Shown one piece after another: positions 9,470 to 19,873 of a DNA stretch of 64,000 nt (positions within the stretch are counted from its first letter, which is position 1; each line of letters opens with the position of its first letter). The notes beneath the pieces were generated by a model. The model saw only the letters and a list, made by a program, of their open reading frames with translations, made no database searches and was not told where the DNA came from. The stretch spans positions 32,001 through 96,000 of the IMG/VR virus record IMGVR_UViG_3300028800_000005, one strand, 5' to 3'. The stretch comes from a virus. A program made the position numbers and the translations under genes.

Positions 9470-12352
9470 GTGTCCGTGTACGGCATTACGCCCTACGGAA
9501 CCTCTGTGTACGGGCTCGACCTTTACCCTGCCTATTCCGTTGAGCCATTTACCGCGCAGTCGGTCACCTATGGCACGGTCCAGGTCTCCTGGACAAAGCC
9601 CACGGGGACTATCTTGCGTTACCGGCTGCTCGCTAACCGGTACGGGTACCCGGTTAACGAGAATGACGGCACTGTCCTATTTGACTCCGCGACCTACCCC
9701 GGATCGAACTACGCGGACACCTCGATAATCCCCGGGACCTACCACTACTACGGGTTCTACGTCCTGGCCGACCTGGCAGACAACATCTGGATACGAAGTG
9801 GTGTCGCCGGTTGCCTGGCTATCAAGGATTACGGGTCAAGCGAAGAGATGTGGCGTCGTCTCCCGAATCACTTCCGGACGATTCCAGAGACTGACGGGTA
9901 CCTTACCGGGGACGCTCCGGGGGACTCCTACCTGCAACAGTTCGTGAATGTCATTGGGTTCGGTGTGGACTACCTGCGCACGCAGTACGGGATGATGCTC
10001 GACCACTGCAACGACCCGATGGCAATTCCAATTGACGACCTGTGGAACCTCGCTGCTGAGGTCGGCCTTAAATTCTCACCGGAGATGCCCGCCTACACGA
10101 TCCGGAAGGCCGTCGCTAACCAGGCCCATGTCTGCCGTGAGGGCGGGACTACCCCTGGTATCGAGAATGAGATCATCCTGCGCACCGGGTGGTCGGCGGA
10201 CATAACCACGGGCGCGAACCTGATGCTTGAGGACGACCAGTCCACGTTCCTCCACCCGGTGTTCTACGAGTACACCCGGCACCGATGCTACAACATTGGT
10301 GAGTGCGTCTGGTTCGGTCCTCCCTTCTCTTTCCGGCAGTGGCCGGGACTCGGGTACTGGTACAAGTGCATCTCACCAACACAGGGGATAGACCCGCCAG
10401 CCTCAGGGGGAAGTAATGCGAACTGGCAGGTAATACGGGACTCCGATGACACCCTGCTGACCCTGGTCCAGCCGTCCACTGGGATGCCCAGTACCTGGGA
10501 AGCTGTCGACCTCGGGAATACTAACGGCGTTCCGACGAGCGGCTCCGTTCTGCAGGGCCTTGGTGTCCAGAACATCGCGAACACCGGGTTTGCATGGAAC
10601 TGCCTGCGCCTGAAGAACAAGGCGTCAAGCTCGCGGAACCTTATGCTCCGGTCAGTGTGCCGGAAGACCAGCCAGGTTAACCTGACGCCCTGGGCCGTCG
10701 ACCCCCAGAGTGCGGTCCAGGACGCTGTGCCTGTCCCGTACGTCCGGGACTCACAGCAGTGGGACCCCACCATACGATACGGTACCGGCGACCTTGTTCT
10801 CTACCAGGGGCAGCCGTTCAAGGCCCTGCGGGCGTCGACAGGTATAACCCCTCCGACTAACGACATCGCTAACGCGGAATGGACGCCCCTGTCTGAATCG
10901 CGACGGATCAGGATAGCCACCAGCGGGTACGTCAGCGACAACATGACCGGCACCGCGCACGCGGTCAAGGTAGTTCCGTGCATGGAATGGTATGACTGCG
11001 CGGGTAACTTCATCACCCGGATTACCGCCCGGAACACCTCGTCGACAGGCGTGCCCAGCAAGCCGGACAGCCTGGCATTTGACTCGTTCACCAGCCAGAG
11101 CCGTGTTTACAATGTGCAGGCGGCGACGTCGGTATCCCTCGGCCCGTGGCTGGCCACGTTCTGGCCGAACGGCACGATGTCCGGACGGCCTGCCGGTACC
11201 CTGTCCGTTCCTAGCCCGAACTTCAGCCTGGACGGGTACCATTCCCTGCTTCCTGACCTCGCCGGTACCGGATGGTCCGGGCGCTGGGTGACTCAGTTCG
11301 TCCCGCAGTCCGCCGGTAACTACACCTTCTCCCTGAAGGGCCTGGGCGGCGGTGTCCGCATGCTCGTAAACGGGGTTCCTATCATCAGCGACTGGTACGG
11401 CACGCCGACCAGCCTGACCTCTTCGACCGTGACGCTCAAGGGCGGTACCCCAGTTTCCGTCGAGGTTGATTACCGTGCTCCGGACTACACACCTGGTACC
11501 TGGACCGCGAACTTGATTCCGCAGGAGTCACTCCCGCTTACACTTGCTTCGTCGAACCAGGATATAAAGGTACCCCCGTTCTATGTCGTGGCCGGGGCTG
11601 AATTCATATTCTCCCTAACCTCGTCAGGAGGGCACGCAGGAGGTGCCATCACCTGGTACGGGAGCAATGGGCAACCGGTAGGGTGCTTCGCCTTCCCGTA
11701 CAGCAGTACCGCTGGTGTGGACGAGTCCGTAAGCGGGTTCATACCGGGTAATGCCACCTCGGCTTCCATCGAAGTAATGTGTTTCTCCTCATTTGAGGGT
11801 ATGGAATCCAATTTCCAGATGCGGACAGCCGTCCCCCAGCCGTCTGCCCTGACGGTTACCAGCCCGATCTCCCTGGTGCCTACCGGGAGCGTGGTAAACA
11901 CCGGGACCCTTACCGGCCGTCTCACGGACGACGAGACGAATACCTGGCTGACCCCGGCGGGGAACTTCCTTATCGGTTACGGTAACTGCTGGCCCCTGAA
12001 CCCCGGGCAGCGGTCCATCGGCCTGGTCACCGGCCCGGCGAACACGAACGTCGGGGTCACCTTCCGGACCAGTCCGCAGTCAGGACAGACCCAGGGCATC
12101 GTCTTCCGGTACACCGACGACAATAACTACTGGCGGTGCGGACGGGTAAGCATTCGCAAGAAGGTCGCCGGGGTATGGACCACGGTGGCGACTCACTCTA
12201 CTACATTCCTGAACAATGACCGGATGATCCTGACACTTAGCGGGTCGTCGATTAAGGTGTTCCGAAATGCTGCGAGCACTCCGGTAACCTCGGTGACGGA
12301 CACCTTCAATTCCAGTGCCACTAAGCACGGGATCATCGTGGAGAACAGTTGA
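9470..12352 (+). CDS. Baseplate wedge (gpI-like) / tail fibre with CBM5/12-like and PA14 domains
   Basis: LP..FR....L..F..VIGFGVD..L.NLAAEVG..GT..GI (gpI-like); WDPTIRYGTGDLVLYQGQPFKAL (CBM5/12-like); WSGRW..F.P..AGNYTF..GGVRMLVNG..IISDW (PA14). Confidence 0.75.
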   Translation: MSVYGITPYGTSVYGLDLYPAYSVEPFTAQSVTYGTVQVSWTKPTGTILRYRLLANRYGYPVNENDGTVLFDSATYPGSNYADTSIIPGTYHYYGFYVLADLADNIWIRSGVAGCLAIKDYGSSEEMWRRLPNHFRTIPETDGYLTGDAPGDSYLQQFVNVIGFGVDYLRTQYGMMLDHCNDPMAIPIDDLWNLAAEVGLKFSPEMPAYTIRKAVANQAHVCREGGTTPGIENEIILRTGWSADITTGANLMLEDDQSTFLHPVFYEYTRHRCYNIGECVWFGPPFSFRQWPGLGYWYKCISPTQGIDPPASGGSNANWQVIRDSDDTLLTLVQPSTGMPSTWEAVDLGNTNGVPTSGSVLQGLGVQNIANTGFAWNCLRLKNKASSSRNLMLRSVCRKTSQVNLTPWAVDPQSAVQDAVPVPYVRDSQQWDPTIRYGTGDLVLYQGQPFKALRASTGITPPTNDIANAEWTPLSESRRIRIATSGYVSDNMTGTAHAVKVVPCMEWYDCAGNFITRITARNTSSTGVPSKPDSLAFDSFTSQSRVYNVQAATSVSLGPWLATFWPNGTMSGRPAGTLSVPSPNFSLDGYHSLLPDLAGTGWSGRWVTQFVPQSAGNYTFSLKGLGGGVRMLVNGVPIISDWYGTPTSLTSSTVTLKGGTPVSVEVDYRAPDYTPGTWTANLIPQESLPLTLASSNQDIKVPPFYVVAGAEFIFSLTSSGGHAGGAITWYGSNGQPVGCFAFPYSSTAGVDESVSGFIPGNATSASIEVMCFSSFEGMESNFQMRTAVPQPSALTVTSPISLVPTGSVVNTGTLTGRLTDDETNTWLTPAGNFLIGYGNCWPLNPGQRSIGLVTGPANTNVGVTFRTSPQSGQTQGIVFRYTDDNNYWRCGRVSIRKKVAGVWTTVATHSTTFLNNDRMILTLSGSSIKVFRNAASTPVTSVTDTFNSSATKHGIIVENS

Positions 12353-14919
12353 GCTACTACTTCGATACCTTTGTCACCCCGTTTAGCCCGATCGGGTACT
12401 GGGCCGTTGGTGATGTTGCCAGCGGGTCTCTGCCTGACACGTCTGGAAACGGCCGATCGGCCACGGTATCCGGGTCGGTTACCACGGCTGGCACTGCTCC
12501 CCGGTGGCTGACTGCCGGGACATTCACACCCGGGAACACAGCTAGTACCGCATCGTTCACTTACAGTACCCCATCTCAATTCAGCGCGGAATGCTGGTTC
12601 AGTACTTCAGCCACGGGCAACGAGGCCCTCCTGATAGACGGCGGGTCATACACAGGCCACTCCAACCAGAACTGGTCTGTTGCGATTTACACCGACAACA
12701 AAGTCTACTTTGACTGGAATAGTACAGGGGCTTATCACCGTATATCTGCAGCCGTACCCGGTGGCCTCACCGCTAACACATGGCACCATGTCGTTGCGTT
12801 GTACGACGGCTCCCATCAGATTCTTTACATAGACGGAACTGCAGTAGCAACCTCTGCTACTATCACAGACACCTGGACATGGGTAACACCAAAGGTTCGC
12901 TTTGCGGCGTCGAACCTGGAATTCGTCATAGGTAATATTTCCTACGCCGTGTCCCTGGCCGGTGCCGGATTCTACCCGTCTGCATTTACACCGACCCAGG
13001 TTGCCGATAGGTACCAGGGATATGAACTTGTCACCACTACTGACAATGCCACATGGAACGTTTGTGATACGATTCCGGTTACCGCACCGTCGTCCTGGAA
13101 GTCACTGACGCTAGTGCCCAAGTCTTCATCAGCGTCCTGGAATTCCGATGCCACAGTCACCAAAACTGCACAGTCATCCTGGAAAACCCGGACAGCAGTC
13201 AGCACCTCAGTCCGGACCACCTGGGTATCACATAACGTCACCCCGTATACCCAGAACCTGTGCCCGAACCCGTCCTTTGAGAGCACGGTCACCGTTACCG
13301 ACTCAGACGGTGGCACCAGTACTGAGCCGCAGGGGAACCTTACCGGGTACACCGCGCTGCCGGGCACGACCCTTGCCTACACGTCCCAGGACGCCATGGC
13401 TGGCCAGTATTCTATGCTGGTCACGACGGACGGACACGCAGCCGGTGAGGGATTCGTCGGCCCGATGGTGGAATTCGACCCGGTCGACGAGTACTGCTCT
13501 ATGCAGGTGTCGATGACCGGCGAGACGGGCAGCCTGATGGTGTCCGCGCTGACCCCCGCTGTCGGCGGGAACCCGATGGCTGTCCTCGGGCAGGTCACCG
13601 TCACGCTGTCGCCCGGGTGGCAGACCGTCGCGCTGGACGGGCTGGGCCTAGCTCAGGGGGAGCAGGCTTACCTCGTCGTCTGGACTAACTCCGCGCAGGC
13701 GCTGACCTTCATGGTTGACTGCGTCCAGTACGAACCGGAGTCCCCGCACCACGATTACGTAGAGTCCACTAGGTTCTTTCAGAATTACTTCACCGCGTCC
13801 GGCGGTACCGTAGTTGAAGGAACCGCCGAGCTGATCACGCCCGGACTGATCCGGGTAATGACCCCGAACCCGGGGGGCATTACCTCTGGCGGTTCTGTCT
13901 CCCTGGTGATGGCAACCCCGGTCGCGGCCTTTGATGACTTCGGCATGTGGGAGCTGACCGACCCGGACCCGGCCATGACGTACGTCGGATGGAACACGGC
14001 GAACCAGTCGACGGGCCACAGTAATTACGCGCGGAACTGGGGGATCTTCTACCCGCCGCTGGACTATCCGGTATCAGACGGGACCCTGCTGTGGAAGCGC
14101 GCGGCGTTCATGGTCCCCGGGTTCCAGTATCTGACCGTGCCTGCCGGTGTCTCTCAGAACCTCACTGCCGTTCAGGCCGAGATGCTCCCCCTTTTCGACA
14201 TCATCGACAGCGCCCCGGCCCCCAGTGCGTGGGATACGCCCCGGGCACTGCACGTCCGGGTCCGGCCAACCCGGCTGAACCACTCACCGAACCCGTCGTT
14301 CGACAACGGGACCACCGGATGGACGGCCCTGGGGGCGGCTACCCTTTCCCAGGATGCCACGGTCCAGTACGGAATTCTCGGCAGCTCCGGAAAGGTTACC
14401 TGCACCGGCCCGGGTGACGCGGTCCAGCTTGCCGTCCCGCAGCTTATCGCCGGGGACATTTACACCTGCTCGGTGTACGTCCTCCCGGAGTCGGGTCACA
14501 TCGTCGACCTTCAGATTCAGGCAGGCGGGACGTCCGGAGGTATCAGCGGGGTGCCTGGCAGCGTGCTGCCCCAGACTAACAAGGACGGGACCGAGGCGTG
14601 GGTCCGGTCGAGCGTGACCTTCACCGCGACCGCGTCGACTATGTCCCTGGTGTTCGCACCCGTTACGGACGGGACCTACCCGGTAACGTTCGCCCTGGAC
14701 GATAACCTGATCGAGGCCGGTGACCTTATCGGTAATTACTTCGACGGTAACGGAGGGAACCCCGACTATTACTGGGAAGGCGGGACCGGGGTAAGCCGGA
14801 GCTACTACTATGAGGGGTACAACGCCGGGCAGCAGGTGATCAGTGACGTCCTGGACAGGCACGTTCCGATCGAGATCACTGCGGCCGACCCGGTATATAT
14901 GCAACCTCCGACCCAGTAA
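12349..14919 (+). CDS. Tail fibre / receptor-binding protein with LamG and carbohydrate-binding domains
   Basis: N-terminal LamG (YWAVGD..WHHVVALYDG); two N.{2}PNPSF-type CBM repeats; YFDG near the C-terminus. TTG start. Confidence 0.75.
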   Translation: MSYYFDTFVTPFSPIGYWAVGDVASGSLPDTSGNGRSATVSGSVTTAGTAPRWLTAGTFTPGNTASTASFTYSTPSQFSAECWFSTSATGNEALLIDGGSYTGHSNQNWSVAIYTDNKVYFDWNSTGAYHRISAAVPGGLTANTWHHVVALYDGSHQILYIDGTAVATSATITDTWTWVTPKVRFAASNLEFVIGNISYAVSLAGAGFYPSAFTPTQVADRYQGYELVTTTDNATWNVCDTIPVTAPSSWKSLTLVPKSSSASWNSDATVTKTAQSSWKTRTAVSTSVRTTWVSHNVTPYTQNLCPNPSFESTVTVTDSDGGTSTEPQGNLTGYTALPGTTLAYTSQDAMAGQYSMLVTTDGHAAGEGFVGPMVEFDPVDEYCSMQVSMTGETGSLMVSALTPAVGGNPMAVLGQVTVTLSPGWQTVALDGLGLAQGEQAYLVVWTNSAQALTFMVDCVQYEPESPHHDYVESTRFFQNYFTASGGTVVEGTAELITPGLIRVMTPNPGGITSGGSVSLVMATPVAAFDDFGMWELTDPDPAMTYVGWNTANQSTGHSNYARNWGIFYPPLDYPVSDGTLLWKRAAFMVPGFQYLTVPAGVSQNLTAVQAEMLPLFDIIDSAPAPSAWDTPRALHVRVRPTRLNHSPNPSFDNGTTGWTALGAATLSQDATVQYGILGSSGKVTCTGPGDAVQLAVPQLIAGDIYTCSVYVLPESGHIVDLQIQAGGTSGGISGVPGSVLPQTNKDGTEAWVRSSVTFTATASTMSLVFAPVTDGTYPVTFALDDNLIEAGDLIGNYFDGNGGNPDYYWEGGTGVSRSYYYEGYNAGQQVISDVLDRHVPIEITAADPVYMQPPTQ

Positions 14920-14959
14920 CAGTGATAGGATGACACCGTAACCAATAATCGGAGCTTAA

Positions 14960-15292
14960 ATGGAATTGATTACCGGCGCACTGGCAGCCTTTTACGTCTG
15001 GAACACGCTGAGGTTCCTTCTGCCGTTCTCTGTACCTGACCGTCTGGCCCTGCCCCTGTACGGCGGGATAGCCTACGGCCTGCTCCAGGTCCCTGTTCAC
15101 TCTGTCGTGCTGGCGCTCGCGATCGCCGGGGGACTCACCCTGCTGATGCTCGGCGTCTCCCTGCTCGGCGTCCGGCCGGAGCGCTGGAGCCTGCCGACGT
15201 TCCACCGGCCGGGGCACTTCAAGCTCACCGGGCTAGGGCACACGCCAGGGGCGAAGGCCAGCCGGGTAGGCCGCAGGATTCCGAAGCTCTAG
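14960..15292 (+). CDS. Membrane protein (possible holin)
   Basis: Three hydrophobic segments and a basic C-terminal tail, at the end of the structural operon. Confidence 0.5.
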   Translation: MELITGALAAFYVWNTLRFLLPFSVPDRLALPLYGGIAYGLLQVPVHSVVLALAIAGGLTLLMLGVSLLGVRPERWSLPTFHRPGHFKLTGLGHTPGAKASRVGRRIPKL

Positions 15293-15294
15293 TT

Positions 15295-15324
15295 TCGACG
15301 GGGCAAGACCCCAGGGGGTAGCCT
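15295..15324 (+). promoter_or_regulatory. SigA/HrdB-like promoter
   Basis: TCGACG-N18-TAGCCT upstream of an AGGAGG RBS. Confidence 0.55.
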
Positions 15325-15365
15325 TCTATACGGAAGGTTCACAACTATGTCCAAGGAGGAACCGC

Positions 15366-16361
15366 ATGTCTGATGCGGAACTGCTAATCGCGTTCGCCGG
15401 GTCCGGTACCGTGACGCCCGCGAACGTCAAGGCCCTGATCGATGACCAGCTTATCGGGGAGAGGGACGTCGCTGAGTTCTACGTCCCGGACAAGATCGCA
15501 GAGAAGAAGCAACCGGGGCTAGCAAACGTCGTCGGCTACCTGACTAAGTACTGGGGGGACGACGACTCCAGTGAGGACCCGTTCAAGACCGCCCCGGTGT
15601 CGAACCTGGACGCCGTCCTGCGCACGGGCGCTCGCGACGGCCTGGACCCGGTCCTGGTTATCCTCGCCGGGGACGACGGCGCGGACGACGAGACCGCTGA
15701 CCTGGTCGAGGCTGCCCTTCAGTCTGACATCCGGGTACTGGACCTCGCGGCCGGTCTCGATGAAGTCACCGCGACCGAGGACGAGGCAGAAGAGGTCCCA
15801 GCCGAGCCGGAGCCGGAGCCTGAGGCCCCTAAGCGGCGTCGGCGTACAACGGCAGCCCCCGAAGCGGAGAAGCCCGCTCCGGCCCGTACAAGGGGTAAGC
15901 CACGGTCAAAGGCAGAGGTCGCGGAAGTCGGGGAGAAGGCCCTGGACGACCTTAAGGCCAAGCGCGCTGCGGCGGACGACACCCCGCCGTTCGACGGCCC
16001 CTACAAGGGTGAGGGTATCAACCTCTCGAAGTTTAGCAAGAGCGTGGATAAGATCGACTTCTCGAAGCTCAGCAAGAGCGTAGAGGGAGTCTCCGTGTCC
16101 AGCGGGGAATCAGTCCGGGACCTGCTGATCGTGGCTCTTCGTGGCGCTCTGAGCGCCCTGGAGGCTGCTGACGCCCCGCTCGGTGCCGTGCTGGACGCTG
16201 CGGACGCGGGCCAGCCTGGTCCGACCACGGCCTACATCCGGGACGACGAGACCGGGAAGCTCCGCAAGCGGGGGCGCGGGAAGCCGCGTGCCGGTGAGAC
16301 CGCCGTCTACCTCACCCCGTCCCAGGAGAAGGCAGCCAGGGCTAAGGGAGAGCTGGAGTAG
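15366..16361 (+). CDS. Hypothetical protein: Rossmann-like N-terminus, charged disordered middle, AT-hook-like C-terminus
   Basis: Strong RBS; LIAFAGSG start; KRGRGKPR; tandem duplication INLSKFSKSV/IDFSKLSKSV. Confidence 0.75.
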   Translation: MSDAELLIAFAGSGTVTPANVKALIDDQLIGERDVAEFYVPDKIAEKKQPGLANVVGYLTKYWGDDDSSEDPFKTAPVSNLDAVLRTGARDGLDPVLVILAGDDGADDETADLVEAALQSDIRVLDLAAGLDEVTATEDEAEEVPAEPEPEPEAPKRRRRTTAAPEAEKPAPARTRGKPRSKAEVAEVGEKALDDLKAKRAAADDTPPFDGPYKGEGINLSKFSKSVDKIDFSKLSKSVEGVSVSSGESVRDLLIVALRGALSALEAADAPLGAVLDAADAGQPGPTTAYIRDDETGKLRKRGRGKPRAGETAVYLTPSQEKAARAKGELE

Positions 16362-16371
16362 CAAATGAAAA

Positions 16372-16410
16372 GGGCCCCTCTGCGAACCAGTGGCTCAAGC
16401 GGAGGGGCCC
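16372..16410 (+). terminator. GC-rich hairpin (terminator or regulatory stem-loop)
   Basis: GGGCCCCTCTGC...GCGGAGGGGCCC just after the stop codon. Confidence 0.55.
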
Positions 16411-16611
16411 CTCTCTCGGTGAGGAGGAGGCACCGTGATCCCAGTATAACCAAAGTGCAGAATCAAAAGCAAAACAGGGAGGAGGAAAGCAACGTGACCA
16501 TCTTTGACATGAGGCCGCGCGAGCCGGAGATAAAGTTCCCGAAGTGCTGGGAACATATCCCTGCTCTGTTCGAGCTATGCCTCGCGGATCACTTCGGCAG
16601 GCAAGACGACG

Positions 16612-17055
16612 ATGAAGAATAACGATCTCTCAGCGGACCCTGTGCCCAGGCTGGCACTGGTTTTCGAGGGTGCCCTGGCCTGGCTTCCTGACGAGAAGGT
16701 ACAGCGTCAGTTCACCCGGCACATGGACCGGGGCGAATTCAGTAAGGCCGTCGACCTGTTCGAGTTTAACCAGAAGCTTGAGACGGTGATCTGGGACAGG
16801 TCGTTCCGTGTGTCGATGCAGATCGACGTCATAACTTTCCTTGGCCCGGACAAGTTCGCGGAGGAGGTAGCCCGTAGGATAGGCGACGAGGAGCTGCCGA
16901 TCCACAAGGTCTGGGCTACGACGCCGAAGATACTCGGCCGGAGGCTGGCCTACATGCCAGACCTTGTGCGGGTCTACCACGCGTACCCGCAGTACCAGCT
17001 TTACTTCGGGCAGAAAGGCAGGCTTCTAGATGACGCTAACCAGTTCGGGTACTAG
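16612..17055 (+). CDS. Hypothetical protein, possibly degenerate HAD fold
   Basis: LALVFEGAL resembles HAD motif I without the catalytic Asp. Confidence 0.5.
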   Translation: MKNNDLSADPVPRLALVFEGALAWLPDEKVQRQFTRHMDRGEFSKAVDLFEFNQKLETVIWDRSFRVSMQIDVITFLGPDKFAEEVARRIGDEELPIHKVWATTPKILGRRLAYMPDLVRVYHAYPQYQLYFGQKGRLLDDANQFGY

Positions 17056-17063
17056 GAGGAGAC

Positions 17064-17450
17064 ATGAAGGAACCAGCATTTAAGAGCTATTTCGAGGCCC
17101 GGGACTTCCTAGACATCACATCCATGAACATGCCAGTCGAGTTCAACATGGCACAGATGGCGATCTTCAGGTTCCTGCTGTCACACACGATGTTCACGCA
17201 GGACGACGACTACGGGCGCGTGGATGACCGGTGGACCCGGCAGGAGACGATCGCGGACGCGGTAAGGTGCTCACGTGAGTATGTAAACAGGGCACTGAAG
17301 ATTCTGGAGAACAAGGTCGGAGCCATCAAGCGCAAGAAGTGGCGGGACGGGGCACCGGGAAGCGTGCCGGACGAGATTCGGATCACCTGGCGGGCCATGT
17401 ACAAGATTGCCGAGGGTGAACCTGGATCACACTCTATAGGAAGTGACTGA
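17064..17450 (+). CDS. Winged-HTH replication-initiator-like protein
   Basis: TRQETIADAVRCSREYVNRALKILE..GAI HTH; iteron-like repeats at its 3' end; upstream of helicase and primase. Confidence 0.7.
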   Translation: MKEPAFKSYFEARDFLDITSMNMPVEFNMAQMAIFRFLLSHTMFTQDDDYGRVDDRWTRQETIADAVRCSREYVNRALKILENKVGAIKRKKWRDGAPGSVPDEIRITWRAMYKIAEGEPGSHSIGSD

Positions 17451-17510
17451 TGATCACAGCGAGTGTGACCTACGATCACACTCTATTCCTTTGTAAAGAA
17501 AGAAAAGAAC
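17416..17510. repeat. Three GTGA-N7-TCAC iteron-like sites plus A-rich tract (putative origin)
   Basis: GTGAACCTGGATCACACTCTAT (17416), GTGACTGATGATCACA (17443), GTGACCTACGATCACACTCTAT (17465), then TTTGTAAAGAAAGAAAAGAA. Confidence 0.6.
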
Positions 17511-17539
17511 TACGTCGGTAGTGTTAGGAGGAAGAAGAC

Positions 17540-18091
17540 ATGAGTAACAGGTCATGGCTGAACAGCAAGGACCCGAACTACACTCGCCGTCAGTTCGACC
17601 CGAATTACAAGCCAGCACGACAGGACCCCAGGCACCAGGAGAAGAAAGGTCCCCGCGAGTTCGACAGGAACTCCTGCCCCGCAGGATGGGACGCCTCAGT
17701 CTGGGAGCTGACCCTCCAGTTCGAGCAGGCAGCCGCCAGGGAGGGGATTCAACTGGCGACCGGCAGGCCCGTGATCTACTCCCTCCTGCGCGACAGGTGC
17801 GACTCGTTCCGCGACGGGCTGTACACCAGGCACAAGCGCTGGTCAGTCGACGGGGTGAACGTCCACGCTACCTGGCAGGAGATAGTCTCCGCTGCGATCT
17901 CCCGGCACTTCAGGGACTACCAGGAGGACGAGTACGCGGCGGACTACTTTTGCGGGCCGGTGGTGTTCAACGATATGATCAGAGAGGTCCGGGAGCACGG
18001 GGCGAACCTCTACGGGGTCCGCAAGCTTGAGGAGCGGTACGGCTCCCTGGACTACAATCACAGCTACGCTGAGGAGGACGGCAATGAATGA
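17540..18091 (+). CDS. Hypothetical protein (replication region)
   Basis: AGGAGG RBS; coupled to the downstream ORF. Confidence 0.7.
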   Translation: MSNRSWLNSKDPNYTRRQFDPNYKPARQDPRHQEKKGPREFDRNSCPAGWDASVWELTLQFEQAAAREGIQLATGRPVIYSLLRDRCDSFRDGLYTRHKRWSVDGVNVHATWQEIVSAAISRHFRDYQEDEYAADYFCGPVVFNDMIREVREHGANLYGVRKLEERYGSLDYNHSYAEEDGNE

Positions 18092-18612
18092 CAGCTACAA
18101 CTGGGACGAGTACTTCAAGAGCCACAACGTCCTGGATCTTCGGGAAGACCTCGGCCACTGGAAGGACGCCCGTCACTACTACACCCCGTCTTCCAGTCAG
18201 CGGCACACGCTTGACGCCCGGATCGCGCGGCTCGAAGAGTACCTGGCCGCCCGGAAGTTCACCGAGGCTGACGCCCGCGAGCTTCTGGCATCGATGGGGA
18301 TCGATGACCCGCTTACGTGGCAGGTTCAGGTACTGGTTAACGTCCTGAACGCGGAGGGCCCGATCCGTGCCTTCTGAGCGCCAGACATTCCACTGCGGTG
18401 CGGAGGTTCTCCCTATCCTGCGTGAAGCGTGGAAGCCCCATGACGTCGACCACACATCCAATGGCTTTATCGAGTGGGCGGCCCCGTCCCCGCTGCCATA
18501 CGGCATCGACATCTACGAGGAGCCGGACTTCCCGGACCATTACTTCGAGGTGCGAGCAGGTTCCGAAGTTCTTCTCGCCGGATTCATAGAGGCAGGCAAT
18601 GGATCTAGGTAG
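18084..18612 (+). CDS. Two small hypothetical proteins (18084-18377, 18367-18612)
   Basis: RBS and short overlaps in a coupled operon. Confidence 0.6.
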
Positions 18613-19873
18613 AGAAATGATCCGGGCGGTCCTGACAGAGAAGGGCGCGCTCAAGAAGTTCATCGACGCTGGATTCGGGCACGACTGGGTAAACGACAAG
18701 CAGGATCTTTCCCGCGCCGCTATCTTCGGGGACACGGACCTGGATGCCTACCGGTTCATCCTCCGGCACTGGGAGGACTACCGCGAGCCGCCTAGCCTGA
18801 GTTTCTTCCAGCACAGTTACCCGCCTGAGTCCCTCCGGCTGCCGAAGTCAGACCTTAAGGTCGAAGAACTCCTGGCGATGGTCCGCTCCGACGTGACCCG
18901 CGTCCAACTGGAGGAGGGCGGGTCGGAATTCATCGACGCGTTCGAGTCCGGGGACCTTGAGGGTGCCGTCGCGAAGATGGAGGAGACGGCACGGAAGATC
19001 CGCGCGGAGCGGACCTCCCGGAGCGTGCAGATTCCCTGGGACAGCGCGGACTACGACCTTGAGTCTAAGCTGAACCGAAAGGAGGTCGCCGGAATACACA
19101 CGGGCATCGCAAAGCTTGACGAGAAGTTCTCCGGCTGGCAGCCCGGGGAGATGGTGACCTTCCTCGGCCGGGCGAAGGCGTGCAAGACCTCGCACCTCCT
19201 GAAGGCCGCGCTGGCTGCCCACGACGACGGCTGGAATTCCCTGGTGGTCACCGTGGAAATCAAGGGGTCGTCTATTGCCGAGCGGCTGGACTGCTTCGCG
19301 GCCGGGGTAGAGTACGACCGGTACGTCCGGGGAAGGCTGGACGAGTCTGAGAAGAAGCGCGTCCGGATGGCGAAGTCTAATCGCGGACGAGAGGAGTACC
19401 TTCACGTAATCCAGCCGACCGGGAAGTACACTATCGCGGACCTTGAGATGGACATCGAGAGGTACCGGCCGCACGTCGTCTTCCTTGACGGGTTCTACTT
19501 CCTGATCGACAGCCGGACAGGGAAGCCCGGGTCGAACTGGGAGGGGCACGATAACCTCGCCCAGGATCTGCATAACCTCTGCCTGCGTCATGACATAGTG
19601 ATCGTCGTGACGATGCAGGTCCGGGAGAAGCAGGCCCGGGGCGGTAAGAAAGGTGACCTGGACGACAACACGATGATGGGCGGGACCGGGCTTATCATGT
19701 TCTCGGACATGGTACTTACCCTGGACATGGACAAGGAGACCTGGCTGAACACTATCCAGTGCTCCCGCAGCAGGACCCGGTACCTTCCCACGGTCAAGGG
19801 GACATGGTACTGGCCGAAGTCAGAGTTCCGGGTGATGGAGGATTACCTGGACGAGGACGAGGAGGACGAGTAA
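18599..19873 (+). CDS. dnaB: DnaB-like replicative helicase
   Basis: GIHTGIAKLD..GWQPGEMVTFLGRAKACKT (variant Walker A), VTVE, VVFLDGFY, VVTMQ, SD.VL.L, SRSR. Confidence 0.9.
   Translation: MDLGREMIRAVLTEKGALKKFIDAGFGHDWVNDKQDLSRAAIFGDTDLDAYRFILRHWEDYREPPSLSFFQHSYPPESLRLPKSDLKVEELLAMVRSDVTRVQLEEGGSEFIDAFESGDLEGAVAKMEETARKIRAERTSRSVQIPWDSADYDLESKLNRKEVAGIHTGIAKLDEKFSGWQPGEMVTFLGRAKACKTSHLLKAALAAHDDGWNSLVVTVEIKGSSIAERLDCFAAGVEYDRYVRGRLDESEKKRVRMAKSNRGREEYLHVIQPTGKYTIADLEMDIERYRPHVVFLDGFYFLIDSRTGKPGSNWEGHDNLAQDLHNLCLRHDIVIVVTMQVREKQARGGKKGDLDDNTMMGGTGLIMFSDMVLTLDMDKETWLNTIQCSRSRTRYLPTVKGTWYWPKSEFRVMEDYLDEDEEDE

Noticed and set aside
4620-13030. Diversity-generating retroelement TR/VR pair
   Set aside because: The two LamG copies are too diverged, the differences are not adenine-specific, and no reverse transcriptase is present.
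1329-14919. Extracellular contractile injection system or T6SS
   Set aside because: A tape measure with lysin domains and a contiguous phage replication module indicate a myophage tail.
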